Assembly: GCF_964355755.1 (NCBI RefSeq)
Contig: NC_092673.1
Coordinates: forward strand, 6,200,001 to 6,264,000
From: Antedon mediterranea
Lineage: Eukaryota > Animalia > Echinodermata
Length of the DNA stretch: 64,000 bases
Reading direction: 5' to 3'
This document shows, one piece after another, positions 57,991-64,000 of the stretch. How positions within the stretch are numbered: the stretch's first letter is position 1; each line of letters starts with the position of its first letter. The notes beneath the pieces were generated by a model. That model was not told where the DNA came from, did not search any database, and was given only the letters and a program-made list of their open reading frames with translations. Both the position numbers and the translations under genes were made by a program.

Positions 57991-60900
57991 AAAGTAAGGT
58001 GTGCATGTACATCATGTTATTTCCTAATAGAAGACGATTGGCAGTACAACAACAACAGAAACGGCAGTACATAAACATGATATCAGAAACAGTGATACCT
58101 GTAAAGATAGATTCAACCTTACCTACTTCTTTTTTCAAGAAAATGACATGTTTACCATAAAGCTCACGCTAATACAAGGAACTATAGACCAATATTATAA
58201 TATATCAATTATTTTACTGCAGTTCCTGCAGTAAAGTATAATTTATTTTACTCTTTACAAATATGTTTATGTAATTTATTTTTTGAGTAATCATACACAC
58301 TGTATATTGCAGTGATGGCTATAACTATATTGAAACTAGAATCATGTTACTGCAGTAAAAAAATGTATTAACTGCAGTAGAATAAATTTGACCTGATCCC
58401 ACACTGTTCAAAGAATCAAGAATAAACTATAGATGTATACTGTATATTAAAACATCCCACATCACATGCACCACATGTCGTATGAGATGTTGTTTGTATA
58501 CTGAATATCCCATGAGACATGGGCAAATATTGTTGTACTGTATAGAGATACAGAATTGAAAATCTTAGTTTATAAATTATACTGACAATTCTAAAACAGC
58601 ATTTTAATAATTTTATAAATTATTTCTAGCCTTAGAGGATATTCTAAAAAATCTTCGCTTTGGGGATATTTTAAAAATCCGGTCAATCTTCCATTAAAAT
58701 TCAAGCATTATAAGGTCAAACACCGCAGTACAGATACACGTTGAATTTGATTGACCACAGGGCGTTCCCTTTTTCGTTAATACGACACATAGGAATTACA
58801 ACATTCCACACCATTTGAAATTTACGACCATGTTCATATTCATTTAGCTACTGTATTGAGTCATTGGCTGGATTTAAATAAGAAAAAATTCACTTTGTAG
58901 TCGTCGACGTGGATACTATGGGCCGTAAAGCTATCAGATGTTGCATCTAACGAGGGAAGATCGACATTGGACTGTAATTGCCTCTCTCAAACCCTAATTG
59001 TCGGTGATTTCAAATTCAAAGGTTAGCGGTATTTTAGTCATTTGGATTTAAAAAGACAATAAATAAACGACTGTTATATCACCATATACACTACAGGCGC
59101 TTAAAAAAAAACTAAAGTTATGTCTGCAGATAAAAATAGAGCCTTACTAACATAACCTTATCCGATAGAAGCTTTGTAATTCGCAAGCACATTAAAGAAG
59201 ACTACGATTACAAAAGACTATACGCCGAAAGGAATATTATAAAGCTTTATTGTCTTTCAGAAAAGAAAATTGTCTTTTGGTGTAACTCTCAATTTAAAAG
59301 GAATTAGAATCTATACAATGTAAAATAAAGCACATCACATACTTTTGCTGCAATAAAGAATGTACAATAATGATACTAAACAAAATTGTTTTTAAAGAAT
59401 GATAGTGTTGATAAGATGCCAATTTGAATAATTTAGGTGTACAAACACTATTCAAGCATTTTGAATATTCTGTCAAGGTGGGTGGGAACATTGACCATAG
59501 GTAAAACTTAGATATTGTTTCCACCCTTTTAATACATTGTTTACTGTGATATATATTTATAAATCAACAAAACAAAGGTGAGTATCCATCTTGGAAAAAA
59601 ATATAGCAAATCCTTATACTGAAATAGCAATTTTGGTTTTTTTTAAATAAAGGAATGCTTTGAAAAACTTGTAGTTAAAACACTGCTCGCCAAATGATGA
59701 TTGATAACATAGATGAATACACGTTCATTTTCAACAGAAACAGAAACATGGTCAAAGATATGCTTTATATTATCATTGCAATGCTTTTAATGTAGCGCAA
59801 TTTCATTTGGAATTAACCAGCAAAGATAATACAGATATAACTATATAATGTTAAGTTAATCCAGCGAGAAAAGGAGCATGAATAAATTAACTGAACCTGC
59901 AGTATATTTTAGTGTTTGTAATGTATAGGTCAAGAGTTTATAGAATTTAGTTCGACAGCAAACTGAAGAGATTAGGAACAGGACTGTACAAAATGGCGGT
60001 CATATCCATGTATTATTAAATATAATTTTTAATCTAAAATAAAATGAAGAACCACATAAACAAGTAGTTTTGAAATAAAGAGCTTTTTAATAACATTAAC
60101 TCTATAGATGGTATAGATGGCAATAGAATAGACCGGTTTTGCCTACAAGGATTGACATACAGTATGCCATACAAGCGATGTGGTGCATGAGTCTGTTTCA
60201 AAAGGTGTTATACATAATACATTACAGTAATAGCAAGTAAATTCAACTATCATTATAGGTTTACCTTAATTCCTCTTAAATAGAAAAATATTGTTTACTG
60301 GTCACTAATAAGGTCCTAGTAGTCATATCTTTATCTGTGAAAAGTAACCACTTAATAACGCATGAATAAATTCACTCCAACATCTTGGCAGCAGAAACAG
60401 GGGAAATTTCAAATTACCTGGCATTCTCAAAATGATGGTTATACATCCATCTATTGGGTACCAATTATCGATGTGAAACTTTTATCATAAACAAAGCTAA
60501 CGTAAATCACATCTCCGATTTCTCTTGCAATGGACCCCATTGGAAATAAATTGACTTGTCGATTTTATGGGTGCATCCATTTACTTTGGTTTTATTCAAT
60601 TTTAATATTCCAATTGTTTTTATTTTTTTCTTTGTTATGTATTTTAAATGTATTGTTGAATGGATGCTAAATGAATAAATAAAAATAAAATAAATAAAAT
60701 CGTTTGACCGCATAAGAGTTCATTGAATTTGTCAGTGACCACTCATTGGCCCAATTTCTGCTGCCAAGAAAATACCGTATTTTATACGGTATTTTGAGCA
60801 GTTGCAGCAGAAACAGGCCCATTGATTGTTTTGGAAGTACAAATTTAGCAGTTAAAAAAATTATATTTTTAAAATCTATTTTCATATTCATTTATGCAGA

Positions 60901-63254
60901 AGGAAGAGACCTCAAGTGTTAGCATCACATATGGTACAAAAATAGAATGTATTAAAAATAAGATTAAAATTTATCAACAAATATGCAAAAATATAGTAAA
61001 TAATTGAATAAATGCTTCATTTTATATTACAACTTTCACATAAAGTAAGAATAAATTATTCCTGAAATTTGATATGCATGAATTTATAACACATTTCAAT
61101 CGTTATGTCATTAGATGCGAGAACATCTGACAAAGAAGGGGGGAAACATGCGACTAACCTAATCTCATCAATGTACTGTTTAAGCATAATTTTTTAATGA
61201 CATTTTATTGTATTTTTGCAATTTTTTATACTGAAGGACAAATAAAATCACTGAAGAACAAATTGAATTACGTTTAGATGAATGAAACAATAAGAAAATG
61301 TTAAATAAAAAAAGTACATTTTATTTCAAACAATGCTATCAATGAAGTTAACCGAATGTTTTATAATTTAGAATAGTTTATATTGTCACTAAACATTCTC
61401 AAAAGAGCTCCCGACGAGAGTGTGTTCACAAATTCAATTCCAAGCTTACACTCATCTTTTTAAATATATAAATGTGCCATTATAGGCGCTATACACTTTT
61501 GGATTTGTACATAATACATGAGTACAGTACAACATCCCTGCATATACAGTACTCAGATGAGCATGTGATCTTTGGAACAACCCAGGCTGAGATCACTACG
61601 TACTGTAAAGTGCAGGGTAAACTCATAATCATATTTCAATATTAAAGACAATTGTAATGTGAACTCATATTTCATGGCCGGTTCTGTGACAGACAGTGTG
61701 AACAAATGAATGAATAGTCACAGGGGACCACTTTCTCCATAGGGTTAAAGTCATCTTTACTTACGAAAGAAAAATATTGAATGGGGATTATTTTACGCAA
61801 ACCATGTGTTTTTTATATTGTCTATTATGAAAATAAGAAAGCTCATTAAAGAAATTATTTCTGATATTGTAAAATCCAAATTATGCCTGGGTAATTTGTC
61901 ATGATTTAGTTTGAACGACTTAGGGGAATATTTTATACTGATAGCTTTTAACTGCAATAAAGTACAATAATGCCACCTCTATAATAAACAAGAATTATTA
62001 ATCATTATACACAACATGATAATTTGAAATAGGAAATAAGATAATATGATGTTTGTTATATAAACACATCATTCATTATTAAACATAAATGAAACTAAAT
62101 ATTATAAAATTAGTTTTACAAGACAATTCATTTAGTAACATTCTGATTTAATTTGATTTTATTCAGGTTTCAACATAAAATTACAAGACAAAGATTAAAA
62201 ATACAAATAGAAACATGCAATGTATTGCACAATAAAGAAGAAAGAAGAAACCTAGAATAGCCCATAAAGTCGAGAAAAAAAACCCCCAACTTATTTCCAA
62301 TGGGGTCCTATAACAACATCTTTAAATAAAATTTAAACCAGCAAATTGAGATTATCCTATATTTTTAAAATTCTACAAATATTGACAATCTGGAAGAGAA
62401 TAAAACAATTTATTTTGATTATTGACGATATTGTGTAAAAAAACTACCTCCATGTTATTGGGAGTTTAGCAAAAACTAAATGAAAAAGCTGAATTTTTAC
62501 CTCATTTGAAAACGAAATGGATCATAAGGCATTTAGCTACGAAAGAGCACGTTCATATGCAAATCAGGATTTCAGAAACTTTACAACGAATAAGGGCCAA
62601 ACAGTTTAATGAGAATCATAGATGGAAGGAACTAGGGGCTAAAATTAAATATGCTATCACAGTCTGAGAACAGGTAATTAATAAATTAATTTTGATATAA
62701 TGGAGTCAATAGCTGCAAGACGATTTTATCCATTCCATTTGTGTAGAAAAACAATTTCTTATGATTTATGCATACATTTGCTGAATAAATGTGAAAAAAA
62801 GTTAGAATTTATACTAAAATTAAAAACTAATATAAAATGTATACATTAAAGAAAATATGGAATTATATATTAATGCGAATTCCATGATAAAATATAGTAT
62901 GCATAGTATTGCTATTACTTTAATAGACTGTCTGATAAGTTAAAACATTTCAAACATTAAATCACATTTTTTTATAGTAAAATTTTAGTAAAAAATCTAT
63001 TAAAAAAATAAAATTTATATTAAACCGAAAAATTAAATTGAAGTAAAAGTGAATACAATTACAGATTTGTATTAACTTACAAACGCTAATAGCATTTTTT
63101 ATCGAGTAGTACTAACATGACAACGATTCAAAATATAAGTGTTATTTTTCAAACTTTAGTTATTTTATCATCATGTTATACTACAACAATTTATGTGTGG
63201 TATTCAAACTATAAAAGACTTTAAGTAGCAAAATACAGAATGTGCAACTTTAAA

Positions 63255-63430
63255 CTTTTGAGACAACTAGGACATAGCCAACATAGATGCTTTTGAGACA
63301 ACTAGGACATAGCCAACATAGATGCTTTTGAGACAACTAGGACATAGCCAACATAGATGCTTTTGAGACAACTAGGAAATAGCCAACATAGATGCTTTTG
63401 AGACAACTAGGACATAGCCAACATAGATGC
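63255..63430. repeat. 35-bp minisatellite x5
   Basis: CTTTTGAGACAACTAGGACATAGCCAACATAGATG. Confidence 0.96.
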
Positions 63431-64000
63431 CAATAAAATATAATACAAAAGAATCATGAAGGAATTGTGCTGGCAAGAGTGATCAGCGGAAATGTCCATG
63501 CCTGGTTCCAATCTAAAATTAATCATTTTCACCAGACCCTTCAAATAAAATTAACCTCTCTTTGGTATATTTTTTCCTCAAAATTTTAATTTTTTGGCAC
63601 GGTGGTCTGTTTTACTGTACCAAAACTAGATACTAAACACTGTAATGCTATATCATCGATTGACCAATGAAATAAGCCAGTTTGAAGGCATACACCCTAC
63701 TCAGTTACACATCAACATTGAACAGATTAGCATGAATGTACTGTATTCTATAACAGTCTTTAGTATGCAAAATTATAATCATTATTTAGTAAGAAATTAA
63801 TGTTCATTTATTGCCATTAACCATAGATTGTATCTTAAACAAATAAGTTTTCTAGCTGATCTTCATAATAGTTCTTTAATTATTTTTTTATGTATTCAAA
63901 TTTTTAACCTATATGGCAGCCACTTTGGAGAGTTTCTATTCCTGATCAGCTCACGGCACTGTCATCTATTGTGTATTGTTTACAATATCCATGGCTAAAG

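Noticed and set aside
60667-60891. Missing HS2ST1 exon (VLPKQS resembles RVPKTAS)
   Set aside because: The surrounding residues do not match the 5'-PSB exon, and there are no suitable splice sites.

Overview
AT-rich eukaryotic (metazoan, probably marine invertebrate) genomic DNA; the supplied ORF track is largely uninformative because the genes are spliced. There are three zones. (1) ~1-14.1 kb is a gene-free patchwork of broken transposable-element pieces from many superfamilies (Tc1/IS630-like DDE, Myb/SANT, DIRS/Ngaro, PIF/Harbinger, ISL2EU-type SWIM+YqaJ, Gypsy RT, a solo LTR, Sola1-like transposase, BEL/Pao). Every orientable piece lies on the + strand. A ~6 kb modular tandem array (~17 units of 276-438 bp, with higher-order dimers) is embedded in it, and each unit carries a P-loop GTPase-like GVGKTCLINALLG string. 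(2) 14.9-27.9 kb holds a complete 11-exon kynurenine formamidase (AFMID) gene on the minus strand (290 aa, all splice phases consistent); it is transcribed towards the TE patchwork. (3) 36.3-55.8 kb holds the last five coding exons of a heparan sulfate 2-O-sulfotransferase (HS2ST1) gene on the minus strand; its 5' exons were not found in the window. Introns and intergenic DNA contain many MITEs, Deu/Nin-type tRNA-SINEs, a CR1 3' end, a Helitron-like 3' hairpin, minisatellites and long palindromes. The best candidate for an undescribed system is the strand-uniform TE-fragment patchwork directly downstream of AFMID, which resembles a uni-strand piRNA-cluster-like locus. This is inference, not proof. 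All family assignments come from motif recall, not database searches.
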